A stretch of 64,000 nt of DNA from Octopus vulgaris (taxonomy: Eukaryota): contig OX597817.1 in NCBI GenBank assembly GCA_951406725.2, forward strand, positions 100,068,001 through 100,132,000, given 5' to 3'. The translations under genes were made by a program, and so were the position numbers. Of this stretch, positions 1 through 13,815 are shown in pieces. Numbering within the stretch: the first letter of the stretch is position 1; every line of letters starts with the position of its first letter. The notes under the pieces were generated by a model. The model searched no databases. It saw nothing but the letters and a program-made list of their open reading frames with translations, and had not been told where the DNA came from.

Positions 1-1115
1 TGAGAAACGGACGTCAGTTGCTGAAATCTACTGGGTAGGATTCACTACTTACTCTATAACATCAAATTTAATGTAGACTATTTTGTAAGTAACAAATTTA
101 TAAGCATTAACTGGAATATGTCTCAAAGATTTTTTTGACTTCATATACTTATTAAATGTCCAGAGCAAGTATTGTATGTAGCTCATCACCTTTTAAATAT
201 AGTAATAAATCTTTTGATACTTTTCAGTTGTGATTCAAAGGTTTCTTTCACTTTTTCACATGCTAACATAACTGTAATGGTGTAAGTTCAATATGTACTG
301 TTGTCACCACCTTCATTGAATGTTCCAAAAGTGATAGTAAACAACAGTTATGTCAGTGCTGCTGGGAGTCCTCATCAAAATTAAGCAGCACACTCTGGTT
401 CCCATGCTATTCAGCATATAATGACAGACAGTCAAACATGTATATGCTTGCTTGAGAAGAGCTCCAGAGTAAAATGCCAGGATTTCATGTACTAGAGAAA
501 ATAAACTATATTAAATATGCAAAGTGAATTATTAAAGAAAAATATCATGGTTTGATCAGGATTCAAATTGAAAATATTTCTTGAAAGTGTTAAAGAGTTA
601 TGAACTGTTGAACTAAGTAGAGTTAAGGTTTAGCAAATGAATAATACAGTGGTAAAACTGACTGATTGAATTCTGTTTGTAATATGATCAACTGATATGC
701 ACTTAGCATGCCTCTGTTTAGAGAGAATTTTTTACATGACAATACTAAAATCGTTTATTGTCACCAAAGCCACTCAGAATTTACTTCCATTATTTCTTTT
801 ACTTCTTTCAGTCATTAGACAGTGGGGCATGCTGGGGCACTGGCCTTGAAGAATTTTTAGCTGACTGAATTGACACCAGAACTTATTCTTTTATGAGCCT
901 GGTATTCTCTTAGTTCCTTTTGCTGAATTGTTAAGTTACAAGATGTAAATATACCAACACCAGTTATCAAGCAGTGGTGGGAGACAAACACACACGCATG
1001 CATGCACATGTGTGTGTATGTGTATATATATATGTGTGTGTGTGTGCGACCGCATGTGTATTGTTGGCAAATTTTTTCTTCCGTCTTCCCTTCCTTGGAT
1101 CTTTCCTTTTCCTAT

Positions 1116-1150
1116 GTTTCTGACGAAGAGCTCCGCTCGAAACGTTAAAT
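1116..1150 (+). ncRNA. Minimal type-I hammerhead ribozyme motif in a PLE-LTR-like repeat
   Basis: gttt CTGACGA a GAGC tcc GCTC GAAA CG TT aaat: canonical core, 4-bp stem II, palindromic ACGT stem III. Confidence 0.75.
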
Positions 1151-1264
1151 CCTCCTTCTTTCTTTCCTTTCCTGAGCGTCCAATAACACTATACTTCTCC
1201 ATGTCCTCGCGTTGTTGTGTTTTCATGTTTGGATTAACTATGTATATATATATATATATGGTTG

Positions 1265-1828
1265 CGATACCTGTGCCGGTGGCATGTAAAATGCACCATC
1301 CATATGTGGCCGATGCCAGCGCCGCCTTGACTGGCTTCTGTGCCGGTGGCATGTAAAAAGCAATAACCGTTCGTGCCCATTGCCAGCCTGCCCTGGCACC
1401 TGTGCTGGTGGCACGTAAAAAGCACCATCCGTATGTGGCCATTGCCAGCCTACCCTTGCACCTGTGCTGGTGGCACCTAAAAAGCACCATCCGTATGTGG
1501 CCGATGCCTGCGCCGCCTTGACTGGCTTCCGTATCGGTGGCACGTAAAAACCACCAACCGGATCGTGGCCATTGCCAGCCTCCCTTGGCACCTGTGCCGG
1601 TGACACGTAAAAAAGCACCCACTACACTCATGGAGTAGTTGGCATTAGGAAGGGCATCCAGCTGTAGAAACACTGCCAGATCAGTATGTGACCGATGCCA
1701 GCACCTCCTTGACTGGCTTCCGTGCCGATGGTACAGTCTGGTACAGCCTCCTGGTTCTCAGACCCCGGTCGAACCATCCAACCCATGCTAGCATGGAAAA
1801 TGGACGTTAAACGATGATGATCATCATC
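1265..1828 (+). mobile_element. RTE LINE 3'UTR fragment with internal ~60-bp subrepeats and a (GAT)n tail
   Basis: Repeats of ggtggcacgtaaaaagcacc and the tail ggacgttaaacgatgatgat. Other copies at 41700-42147 (+), 42880-43128 (-), 45990-46225 (+), 50110-50232 (+), 51210-51363 (+) and 53133-53180 (-). Confidence 0.7.
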
Positions 1829-2142
1829 ATACACACAATGGGATTCTTTCAGTTTCCATCTACCAAATTCACTCACAAAGTTTTGGTCAGCCTGAGGTTA
1901 TAGTAGATGACACTTGCCCAAGGTGCCAAGTAGTGGGACTGAACCCAGAACCATGTGGTCAGGAAGCAAACTTATTATACAATCACACCTGAACATTGTG
2001 AATGAAATGTACTCACAGACTATGAAAGTTATTATTTTATTCCCTTTTAAAGTATTTTTTATCAATTTACTTTACATCTATCATTTTCATATGAATGCAT
2101 CCATCAACTAATATATATTTATATTTTTTTGCAGCTTCCATC

Positions 2143-3078
2143 ATGAGTAATAATCAAATCCGACTTCAGTGCAAGAGCAGTGCTGGCAAACATGTACTCA
2201 CTGGTTTAACTATGCAGTCTACTGTTGCTTGTCTGAAGCAGCTTATTACCAAAGTCACCAACATTCCTTCGGAACAACAAAAAATCTTTTATGGTTATCC
2301 TCCAAAGCATGCTAATCTTAGTGATGACAACTTACAGCTTTCAAATTGTCCTTTCCGATCTGGAGATCTTCTTATTGTGGAAAAGAGCCTGGGTCCAAAA
2401 GTCAAAGATTCCTCTAGCAAACCACTTTCTTCCATTGAAAAAAGTACTACTATACCAAAGACTAGGAAATCATCAGGTATATTAATACGAAAGGTTGTAC
2501 CAGCCAATAATTCTTGTTTATTCACAAGTGTTAATACAGTGATGAATAATGGATTAGTTGATCTTTCATGTGCTGATTCTATGCGGAAATTAGCTGCAAA
2601 AATAGTTATGAATGATCCAGTAACATATTCTACAGCTTTACTTGGACAAGAGAATTCTAAATATATTAACTGGCTTTTAAAAGAAGATTCTTGGGGGGGT
2701 GCTATTGAAATTTCTGTGCTAAGCAAACATTATAATGTCGAAATTGATGTGGTTGACACACAATCAGGTCGTATTGATCGATTTGGTGAAGATCAAAAAT
2801 ACGATAAAAGAGTATTATTGATTTATGATGGAATTCACTATGATCCTTTGATATTGGAACTTGATGATTCTACATGTGAAACTATTTTTTCGACTAGTGA
2901 TGATGATGTGTTGCAGCAAGCCCTTGAAATTGCAGCTGTTGCTAAAGCAAATAGGCAATTTACTGATGTGAATAAATTCACTTTGCGTTGTATAGTTTGT
3001 CAGACCCAGTTAACAGGCCAGTCAGAAGCTCAACAACATGCTGAGCAGACTGGTCACATTCAATTTGGACAGATTTAA
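2143..3078 (+). CDS. YOD1: Ubiquitin thioesterase OTU1/YOD1 (UBL/UBX-like domain, OTU domain, C2H2 zinc finger), about 311 aa, single coding exon
   Basis: ORF has an N-terminal Ub-like region (QKIFYGYPPK), OTU Cys box VPANNSCLF, WGGAIE, DRFGED, His box GIHYDPL and a C-terminal CIVC...HAEQTGH zinc finger. A splice acceptor (ttttttgcag) ends at 2134, so the true start is probably ATG 2143 rather than 2095, with a 5'UTR intron upstream. Confidence 0.95.
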   Translation: MSNNQIRLQCKSSAGKHVLTGLTMQSTVACLKQLITKVTNIPSEQQKIFYGYPPKHANLSDDNLQLSNCPFRSGDLLIVEKSLGPKVKDSSSKPLSSIEKSTTIPKTRKSSGILIRKVVPANNSCLFTSVNTVMNNGLVDLSCADSMRKLAAKIVMNDPVTYSTALLGQENSKYINWLLKEDSWGGAIEISVLSKHYNVEIDVVDTQSGRIDRFGEDQKYDKRVLLIYDGIHYDPLILELDDSTCETIFSTSDDDVLQQALEIAAVAKANRQFTDVNKFTLRCIVCQTQLTGQSEAQQHAEQTGHIQFGQI

Positions 3079-3739
3079 TTATGTATTCCAATTATCAGGT
3101 TAATCAGTTGTGTTGGTGTAGCTTGTATGATAAGTGTCATGTACTTTATATACAATCAACATATTCAGTTGAAAAGTTTTTAATATATGTGGCGGGGGGT
3201 TTTTGTCTCCTTTTTTTTTAGTAACTCATCTTAATATTTAAAGCATTCAGGGATTTTCTAAATTTTATCTTCAAGCATTTGGAATCAAAATTTTTTATTT
3301 AACGTGCAAATACAGTAATATTATTTAATGTTGAATGTTATTTGTTGAATTGATTAGGTCTCTGGTAATTAAGTGAACTATGTCAATATGATTATATATG
3401 TATGTGTGTGTGCATGTGTATATATTATATATATATATATATGTATGCATTTATATGTATGTATGTATATATATATATATATTATATATATATATATTGT
3501 GTGTGTGTGTATATGTATATCTATGTGTATATATATAAAGGAATACAAAAAATGGGTCAAGAACGCATAACATCCAGATAGATAATAAAAAAAAGGACAA
3601 CAAAAAACAAGGACAGGTAATTCAGAGTTTTCTTTCCTCAGTCAAGTTCGAGATTATCTTTGCAGTTTCGGCTGGTTATATATATATATATATATAAAAC
3701 TTTGTAAAATGTTCCATAATAGTATAGTGATACTGTATT

Positions 3740-3780
<41 letters not shown>

Positions 3781-6003
3781 TTTTGGTTTATTGTTATTTT
3801 TTTGCCGTGGGGAAACATAGTCAAAATAGCAATAATACTGACTTGAAATTGAACCTGAGATATCAGAATGAGTTGTAAAATAGTAACAAGGGAAAATTTA
3901 TGAAAGTTTCCCGTAGGTAATGATTGTCTACATCAACAGCAATATGAGATGTGATAGTAAAATATAAGTATGTATGTGTGTGCCATTTAATATACAAAAG
4001 ACTTATTAAATGCAAGCTATTTTAAGTTTCATACAGTGGTCAGACAAGCTTGTAAAGCATGCTGTGTATTTTTAGACTGATATATCAATACAATTAAATG
4101 TCAGGCTCCAAATTTTGAGCCCAAATGATTGCTTGAAACTACATGACATGTTGTACAAGCTCATCAAGCCATTGTTTATGTAGCTCGCATTTAAAGCCTG
4201 TGTGTATTAAATGATACTTATCTCTCACTGGGTGGAGTATATATATATATTTATAAACATACATACATATATACATACACACACACTCATGTATATCATT
4301 TACTTACATACAATCTGCCTCTCTACTCCATTGTCTTTTATTTTCTCTGTGATATGCATTCTGTTGTTTTAACATGCCATCAATCGCTAAGTTTTACTTT
4401 CTTCACTTATTTTTTTTTCTCTTCTATTTCATTCTGGCTGTTGACTATTTATTTATTATTTTCTGTATAGGTATATAGATGAAAGGGTCAGTTCTCTTTT
4501 GGTCTATGACCTGAAAATAGAGATGTGGATGCTTCTACAGACTATAATAATGTAAATGCTTAGCACTATAGATAATATACAAAGAGTTGATGAAGCATGT
4601 ACTGAATCTTAGCAAGATGATATTTCTGTTTTGGATGTAGTTCTATTGGCAGGTCAAAGGCTGGGCTTGTGCTGCTCGCGAATCAGTATTTTTTCTCTAC
4701 ATCAGTAAATACTTGTATTGAACCAATAAAACAAGTAAGGTGTAAAAAGAAGATACAAGAAGAAATTTGCATATCACCAAAATCTCATGTTTTTCTAGTT
4801 CTTTTAAAATGACTACTTTATCACACGACAGCTGCTGCTTTGTTCAAATATGAGATTCTTTAAACTTTTATATAATCGAATTTTAATTTCCATTAAATTT
4901 TGCCATATTAAACTATATCGCAAATAAATTGAATATACAGTATTAAACAATCTCTACTAGATGATTCAATTCTAATATTTATCTTTAATATAAATGCTAT
5001 TTTCAAATGATTTTTCTTTGTTTTGTCAAAGCTGACTTATTCATGGATTTTCTGTTTTCTTTTTGAAGGTATGGAATAAAAATCTCTATGTGTAGATGTA
5101 TCAAAATAATTTAATGTCTAATGTTACAATTGACAAATTAAAATGAATTTATAAAAAATGAAACTGTTTAAATTTCAAATATATATATATATGTACATGT
5201 GTATATATGTATATATGTGTATGTATATATATATATATATATAATCTTTTTTAATATCATAAGTGCTTTCTATATATGTATGCATGTGCATACATGCAAA
5301 CTCACACATACACAAACCTCTGGTACTACTTAAGTCATGTAATCATATTTTACTTCTTTCAGAATTTGAGATCAATGTATCTATAGGATATTTGTGTTAA
5401 GTATGTCAATATATCTAAGAACCAGTCAAGAAGTTGGAAGGTTGTATCGTATCACTTATGTTATGCAGTGACAGCGGTCAATTACTCTAAATAGTAGGTA
5501 CAACAGAATGTAATGGTTCATTACAGTAGGCAGTAACAACACTATAAATTTGATAAGTATTTTATTGATGAGTTCACCTTTTGTGGGTATGACTGAGAGT
5601 AGAGTTTTATTGGTTTAACAGTTATGAAAAGTCATTTGATTTGATTTTTGTAGATAGATTGTTTATGTCAAGTAAATCCATTCAAATCTAATATAAAGTC
5701 TCATAATAAGCAGTTGGTTAAACCAAACTATGCATCATAAAGCATTTCTAATTTGATTTAATTCTGAAAATATGAGAGAAGTATTATATTTACAACACTG
5801 ATCCTAATGATAACTGATATGTATGTTTATATAGATGAGTGAGTTGAAAGCTTTACTGTTTGATGAATATTTAACATGTATCTTGTCACTGAGACACTTA
5901 ATTTTCAGTGGCCATCTCCCAGAGACACTGCAGAGAAATACAATTTGTCACTGTTGGAAGCAGAAGGAATGTTATATATTTGCACAATATTTCATCAACT
6001 TGT

Positions 6004-6222
6004 TTAACCCTTTAGCATTTAATCCAGCCAAAATATTCTGCCTGTTTTATGTTCACACCAGCCAGAACTAGCCTCTCACACTTACTGTTATAATGTCATT
6101 CTAAAATTAAACAATCACATCATCAAAATCTCAAAACTACAAGATAATGCATGATTAATTCAAAGCAATATGAATAAATCAGCATAATATTTAACAGAGT
6201 AATCTGAATATTAAAGGCTTAA
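6004..6222. mobile_element. piggyBac-type MITE
   Basis: TTAA-CCCTTTAGCATT ... AATATTAAAGGC-TTAA; a homologous copy lies at 55934-56146. Confidence 0.7.
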
Positions 6223-7345
6223 AGGTAAAAGGCCTTTCAAGTACAGTGCAAGCAAGGGGGAAACAACTCAAGTGTATATTACTGAGTTAATCCTGAAAAC
6301 AACCTTAACATCTCAATAGATCACTTAACGTGATATACACACACATATATGTGTAGGTCACAGTATAACTTTGTAAAGTTATATGTTAACAAAGCAAGAA
6401 ATGTATCAAAATTTTATTAAATATATATCCTTTTTATCAAACCATAATTTTATATTTCAGTACTATATGTTTCAAAGATAAGATACTAATAGGCACAAGT
6501 ATGTGCAGTTAAATTTTCTTTACAACTATGTGTTTGTGGCTTCAATCCAACAGCACATCTTGAACAAGTGTCTTGTACTGTACCTTTAGGTTGACCAATA
6601 CTTTGTGATTGGAACTTGATGGGTAGGAACTGCAAAAGCCCGCCATGTGTGTTTATGTCTTTAACCAATTAAAAAAATTGAAAATTCAGTACTTACAGAC
6701 TGGGTGATGTATGTTTTGCACTATATTACACTCTTGTCACTTTCTTAGAAATGCAATTACACAGTGACAGGCCCTTTGAAGCCTGTCACTAGTGATGCTA
6801 TTGTAGGTATGTTCATGTGCTTAAGAAATTTGCTCTGTAATCATTCAATCTTATTGCATAGCACCTTGGGGAAACGTCTTAACCACTATGCTTGGGAAAA
6901 TATTGTATTTATTTTAATTTACATTACAGTTGATGAAGAATAGCATTGTTGGTTACAGGATTCCTACAAGCCAATTACTATACTACAGGCAGGCAGATAT
7001 GGCTGTGTGGTAAGAAGTTTGCATCTCAACCACATGGTTTTGGATGATGGTGGACAAACAGACACAAAGACATACACACACACACGTGTGTGTGTGTGTA
7101 TATATATACATACACACAAAGGTCTTCTTTCATGTTCCATGTAGGTGTCATGAAGTGGGACTGAATCTGGAACCACAAGGCCAGGAAGCAAGCTTCTTGC
7201 CATGCCTGCACTATTTTTTGTTTTTTTTTGTTTTTTTTGCAAGGTAAAGGTTCTAGCTCATGAACTTGGTTTGTCCTTATCTCATGAATTTAACTGCCAC
7301 TACTTCTAAAGTCATAACATGATTTAAAATTCTGGTATCCAACCA

Positions 7346-7739
7346 GGCATAGGAGTGGCTGTATGGTAAGTATCTTGTTTACCAACCACATGGTTCCGGG
7401 TTCAGTCCCACTGCGTGGCACCTTGGGTAAGTGTCTTCTACTATAGCCTCGGGCCAACCAAAGCCTTGTGAGTGGATTTGGTAGACGGAAACTGAAAGAA
7501 GCCCATCGTATATATGTATATGCGTTTGTGTGTCTGTGTTTGTCCCCCTAGCATTGCTTGACAACCGATGCTGGTGTGTTTATGTCCCCGTTACTTAACG
7601 GTTCGGCAAAAGAGACCAATAGAATAAGTACTGGGCTTACAAAAGAATAAGTCCCGGGGTCGAGTTGCTTGATTAAAGGCGGTGCTCCAGCATGGCCGCA
7701 GTCAAATGATTGAAACAAGTAAAAGAGTAAAGGGAGTAA
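7346..7739 (+). mobile_element. Full-length tRNA-derived SINE (cephalopod type); partial copies at about 780-990, 1838-1990, 6495-6660, 9483-9640, 35715-35920 and 51063-51410
   Basis: A-box (TGGCTGTATGG) and B-box-like (GGTTCAGTCCC) head, internal (TG)n, and an AAAGAGT-type tail; multiple copies in the window. Confidence 0.8.
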
Positions 7740-9796
7740 CCTGTTAATCTGCCTGCTTTGGTTGTATAATTGATCTGTAGTCTACACTATGTAACTGCAT
7801 TGAGAGCAAGTGCTTTCAATCTAATTATGTTCACTCAAAAGCTAATTTGTCATCAATAAATTTAATCAAGTTTCTGCATTATATTACATGTAGCTGTCAA
7901 GGTCACAAATTCATGAGAATCACACATCTGTAACCTAGCTAAACTACATCTCAAGAGGTTAAGGTTCCTCTTTAAAGGGAAAAAAAAATTGTCATTGAAT
8001 AGCTGCTAACTCTGCAAGGAACAACTTGCTCCATACATAAGCATTCTAGAACAGAGGTGGGTAACCTATGGGTTTCTGAAAGAAATGCAATGTTTAAAGT
8101 AAAATTAATGTACTGGGATATAATTTTGTTCCTTTAATTTTATTTAGAGTTTATCTTTTCACTTAACTGCAAATTTTAGAAATATCTATTTATATTTTTT
8201 TTACTACATTTGTAGTTATTTGCTTTAATTCCAAATGTGTTTAAAACATGGAAATCCAAAATGTTTGGAAGAAAGTTACAGAAGTGAGCATTTATTCTGA
8301 AAATCTGCTTTTTAAACATTGTATTAGCTTTTATGAATTAGCAAAATTTATAAAATAATAGGATTAGCAACACAATTTTGTTTTAAATGTGGTCTTGTTG
8401 GAAGGCAGTTAACATCAATGCAACCTTCTAACAAAAAGTTTCCCATCCTCCGAAAGAAACATTCAACTGATGAGCAAGTTTTAATTTACTAACATTATAA
8501 AAAACTAAGCTATCAATAAACTGCATATCAGCACTGCCACCTCCATTTTCATATGAAAAGTAAAAATTGTTGAGTCCTATTTAAATTACCTATACCAAAA
8601 TATTTTTTTTATTTCCTATTATCCCTTTATCATAAAATTTGATTGACTCTGTTTATTATAAAAGCAGCAAAGATTTTACAACTCCTGTAGTCACTTTATT
8701 AATTGATAAATTATCCTTGTAATGTCTTGAAAGAAAACTAAATGAGTTGGCCTCATGATGGGCATGTGCCTGTAAAACATTCATGAGATCAGTCCAACCT
8801 ATGCTGATGTAGAAAATCAGATGAAAAATATGTTGACTGTTTATTTACAAATGTTGCAAGAATTTAATACTGGTTGAACACACAAACTCAAGCATGACAC
8901 ATAAGGAGAGAGAGAATTATTATTCCCTATTCAGCATGTATTAGTGTATGTGTGTGTGTGTGTATGTAATGAAACTGGAGAAAACTGTAAAATATGGATA
9001 GATAGAGAAATATATGATATCCTCTCTTATGTTCATTTTGTACATTGAAAATCTGCTCTGGCATCCTATTACTGCCATCGTTATCTTCTTCTCAACTTCT
9101 TCCACCTACCCTCATATAGTGTGGGTTAACCATGTATCTCTTCCTTTGCAAGACACTTGTGCTTCCACTAGCATACTTTAGCTTCTTGACACCTGGAAAA
9201 AAGTCACCTGCCTGCTAAATACTCCCTTCACTTAGTCTTTTCTCTCTTGCAAGTTACTTGGCAACCTCACTAGTGCTGGTGTACTGAGAAAAAGCAACCA
9301 GTATGCATTGTAAGGTGCTTGGCATATGGAAGGATATTTAGCCATGGAAATCATGCTAAAGCAGATATTAGAGCACAATATAGCCTTGTGGTTCCTGTCA
9401 GGTTGTGTAACCCATGCTAAACACAGTAAACAGACATTAAATAATGATGATGAGTTTATACTATATATATATATATAGGTAGGTGCAGGTGTGGCTGTGT
9501 GGTAAGAAGCTTGCTTCCCAACTACATGGATCTGGGTTTTGTTACATGTTGGGCAAGTGTCTTCTACTATAACCTCAGGCCAACCAAAACCTTGTGAGTG
9601 GATTTGGTAGGCAGAAACTGAAAGAAGCGCATAGTGTACGTATATATATGTATGTATAAGGAAACGAAGATTATCAATCAACAAACATCAGCCTGCAAAC
9701 ATTCATTTGGATCTGTTTATTAATTACAATCATATGTATAAGTAAGTAAATAAAAAAATAGTAACTGAATAAGAATAAATGAGTCAATAATATTAT

Positions 9797-9919
9797 ACTC
9801 TTACAGCTGTTTCTACTTTAGGGGGTCCAACTTGCCACGGTTTACACATTATACCAGTATTATACAGAGATTGTACAAAGGTTGAACAAAAATTGAGCCC
9901 CAAAGCTTCTTCATAGAGT
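9797..9919 (-). ncRNA. Hammerhead motif (A3 variant) in the left, inverted PLE pseudo-LTR
   Basis: Minus strand: ACTCT ATGAAGA a GCTTTGGGG...CCCTAAAGT a GAAAC AGCT GTA AGAGT. Confidence 0.6.
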
Positions 9920-12524
9920 CCATAATGGTAAGAATCAAACATGTGAGGAAGTAAAATAAAATAATAAAAATAGTAAGGGAATAGTAAAAAATATACATAA
10001 GTTATGAGATTACATCTTATAGTAAAAAAAAGTCACTTTTGGAAGTAATCTCCATAGGTTATGAGAATTGGGGTTAATGGGATGGTCCATATCACAGGGG
10101 CCAAAAGTTAGAAGCTAACGGCTATATCATAGAATTAACAGGGTTAACTTAATGTGAACTTATTTGCGGGAATCAATACAAAACTATATCAATGAAGATA
10201 TAATTTGTGTAAAAATTAAGTGTACTGTTATTACTTATTAATAAAAATAAAAAAACTCATCCTAATACCCCTATGGTGAGGCCAAAGTTAATCCTACAAC
10301 TTAATTGGTCCACTTATATTTGAAAACAGTGGCATTGTTCAGGTCCGTTAAATCTATCAATAAAATACAAAACAAATAAATGAAAATACTTGAGAAATGA
10401 ATTGTCTAAGGGGCCTTACATACTAAAGGAGTAGTAAATAATACTTGTGGTTAGGGATATGTTATGAATACATCTGAGATAGATATCGATTTACATATAA
10501 TTGTATGAACGAGAAAAGAAAAGATAAAGGAATGGAAATATGTACATTCATGGACTATAGCTATAATAACGATAAAATGAATCCAAAACAGGTACTCGTC
10601 AGCTCCACTAATGATAATTATAATAATGTAGACATAATGGTTGATGTGAATAATGCAACCACCAAAGATAGATATAACTTCAATATTAGTAATTATAATA
10701 ATAAAAATAATAGACCAACAAACAGTAATCCTAATCATACGAACCAAGGAAATGATACTGTCTGGCTAATATTACCATATGCTATACAAATCGAAAACAA
10801 CTTAGTAAAAATAATCTTTAAACTAATTAACAAACACTTCATAAAAGGAAAAAATAAATATTAGGAAATTATTAATAGTAAAACAATGAGAATAGGTTAT
10901 AACCTGCTCACTATCATCTCTATGAATAATAAAAAACTTGACACTTAAATAGAAAAAATAATAATAATAACAGCAGACATAACAATAGTAACTACATTGC
11001 ACCATATGCTACCCCCAATATATACACTAACCATACCAGTGTAGACCCCAAACAACAGTATAGACCTTGTGATTGTAGAAATAGTAACAATTGCAATAAA
11101 GAAGAAATAGTTCACCAATGTATAGCAACTACTGGTTTGAGTAATTATATGAGTATTAAAGATAAAGGTATTAGTTATGACCTCCATTGGAAAAATTTAG
11201 CTGAAGCCCCAGTGTATGATTTAAGGAATAGGAAATGTTATTTGTGTATAAGTGAAATCCTATTTATATTAAAAGCCAACCTTCCTCTACATAACAGTAA
11301 AAAAGAAAAGTATGTTTTCTGGCTTCATAAGGCTAAACACACTTTCTCTAAATATTATTGATATTAATTGTCATTAGCATTAGTATCTCCTTTGATAATA
11401 ACAGATCATTGGGACTTGACATACACCCCCCCATAGTGTAAATTTTTATTACCTCTTTGCCTGATTAAATATTTTCTAATACTTCTAAATATACCTCACT
11501 TTATTTGTTTGCCACTAGTCACCTATTCCTTAACCTTCTCTGAATTGCAAACATATAAACCCATGAGCATTACTATTTGCATTATACCCCTACACTTGTT
11601 ATAGGTAATATGAATTAATTTTTACTCTCTTTCTGAGCACTATATATTGAATGCCATCCTTTTCTACTATATACGATAACTTTCTCTATATACCTTATAT
11701 ATATATTTTTTCTTAAGCCAGCTTTCATGAGGATGTTACTCCATATATTCCTAAGCATTTATCCATGAGTGTTGATTTATATACTTATTAATATTTGTAC
11801 AAGTAGGTGTATTCATATACAGCTCATGACAAACTACCCCATAAAATTACTATCCTTTCATCTCTATCCTAGCCCGAGTAATTCTCATTATATTTGTAAT
11901 GAATTTTATAATTTTACAACCATATGCAATTATAATACACATAGGTTCATTGCTTTCCTTTAAGCTCTACTTCTATCCTAACCTGTATACCCTATGTTTC
12001 TCTCTATAATTGAAATTAACCTCAACATTATTTTAGTGCCTAAATATCTCTCCGTATTATATCATAATGTATTACACAGTTGCCTCCCTTCAGCCAAAGT
12101 CTATAATTATAAATGTATTTTCATTCATTTCTTTTCTCATTCAGACAATTACTTGTCACTTGGAAATGTAGCTTAGATCCCTTCATAACAGAATAACATA
12201 TCCCTGACTGCAAGTATTATTTACTACCCCTAAACCTTATTTTAGTGCCTAAATATTTCTCTGCATTCTAATATAATATTATAATACTATAATGCATTAC
12301 CCGGTTACCTCCCTTAGCTAGAGTCCATGAATGTACATATTTCCATTCCTTTTTCATCTTTTCTTTTTCTCGTTCAGACAATTATTTGTAAATCGATATC
12401 ATCTCAGATGTATTCATAACATAACATACCCTTATCCACAAGTATTATTTACTACTCCTTTAGTATGTTAGACAACTCATTCTTCAAATATTTGCTTTTA
12501 TTTGTTTTGTATTTTATTGATAGA

Positions 12525-13815
12525 CTAGCTTAAGGTGACCTGCTCTATGCGCGGGTGAGGGTGTGGTTGTTTCTTATCGCTACATTCTCCCTCTTTGTTT
12601 CTCTCTCACTTTCCCATTCTCTTACTCTTCCGTTTTCTCGGACTCTCCCTTGTTTTCTCTTACGTGTGCTCATAAAATCACAAAAATAATTCAAAATTAC
12701 TTAAAATTTTGTGAAATTTGATACTTTTTTCTGGAATATTTTGATGGTTCGTGATGCAAATGAAAGCTAAAATTTTGGCCTTTAACACAATGCCATTTTT
12801 ACTCATGTCAGCCAAATAATGCAAACAGAAAAAAATTAAATCTAAAAATAGGGCAAAAATGTGTTCTTTTTAAAAGTTGAAAAATTTTACTGCCCTTTCA
12901 ATATTCCCCCAAATTTTTACACCCACAATTAAAGATAACCGCCCCTAGCCCCTGCAGCAACACGAAAAGCCACCATTATTCAAACAGCGCAATCTGTCTA
13001 TCCCATAACACTAAATTTTTCCCATATTCCTCACCATGGCAATCAAACGGTAGCCCCGAGCAACTTGCAACCCTCCTCACACCACTGCCCACCCCAGTGT
13101 AAATTTTGACCCTATCTACCACCCCTTAAACTGTTCCCATCCCAAAATGAGACAACCAAGAAATCAAGCAACTTTTTCGCATTTCAGATTTATAGATATT
13201 GATGATTATGATTATATATATACACATATATATATGTATAAACATTATATATATATATATATTTATATACACACACACATATATATATATATATAAATTA
13301 ACACAATATATCTGATTAATAATATGTTATGATTGTGTAGTGGTGGTCGGTGATAATAATTCACTCTTCTAAAAGACCTGTGGCGGGAATTATTAAACTT
13401 TTGTAGCTGTCAACGCTTTCTCTCTATAGATACAGACAGACGTACGGTGAGAGAGGTGGTGGAAAAAAGAGTGACAGAGAGACAGCGAAGGTGGAGAGGG
13501 AATGAGAGTGGAAGGTGTCAAACATCATTATAGAGAGAAATTGGAGGGAATGAAGGAAAGAGAGAGATTGAGGAAGACAGGGTGCTATCCAAAAGCGAGA
13601 AACAACAAACACTTGTCAAAGTCTGGGTTTTGTTGCCCTAGTAACCACAGCTTTTGAGATAGGGGTTTATAACCTAGTCCAGTTGCTTCCTCACCTCTTT
13701 TTACATGTCCCTGTAAATTTTGGCACCAATCCGACCCCAACTACCGCCCCTTAAACTGTTCCCACTCCAAAATGAGACAAACAACTTTTTCGCATTTCAG
13801 CTTTTTAGATATTGA
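12525..13815 (-). mobile_element. Non-autonomous Helitron (composite, with duplicated 5' module)
   Basis: TC...CTAG termini on the minus strand and a GC hairpin near CTAG. Inserted between A and T with no TSD; the empty site is visible in the paralogous left pLTR. Confidence 0.8.

Noticed and set aside
936-1876. ORFs of up to 245 aa with internal repeats
   Set aside because: They overlap RTE 3'UTR subrepeats and SINE sequence, with no protein motif.
2095-2142. N-terminal extension of the YOD1 ORF in the track
   Set aside because: It runs through a polypyrimidine tract and AG acceptor, so it is probably intron plus 5'UTR.
3630-3680. Possible hammerhead 3' half on the minus strand (GAAACTGC); a similar GAAATTAGTC lies at about 24618-24630
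   Set aside because: The CUGANGA half and stem II are absent, so these are at most truncated LTR remnants.
7346-7420. tRNA-like sequence
   Set aside because: It is a SINE head with A/B boxes but no complete cloverleaf.
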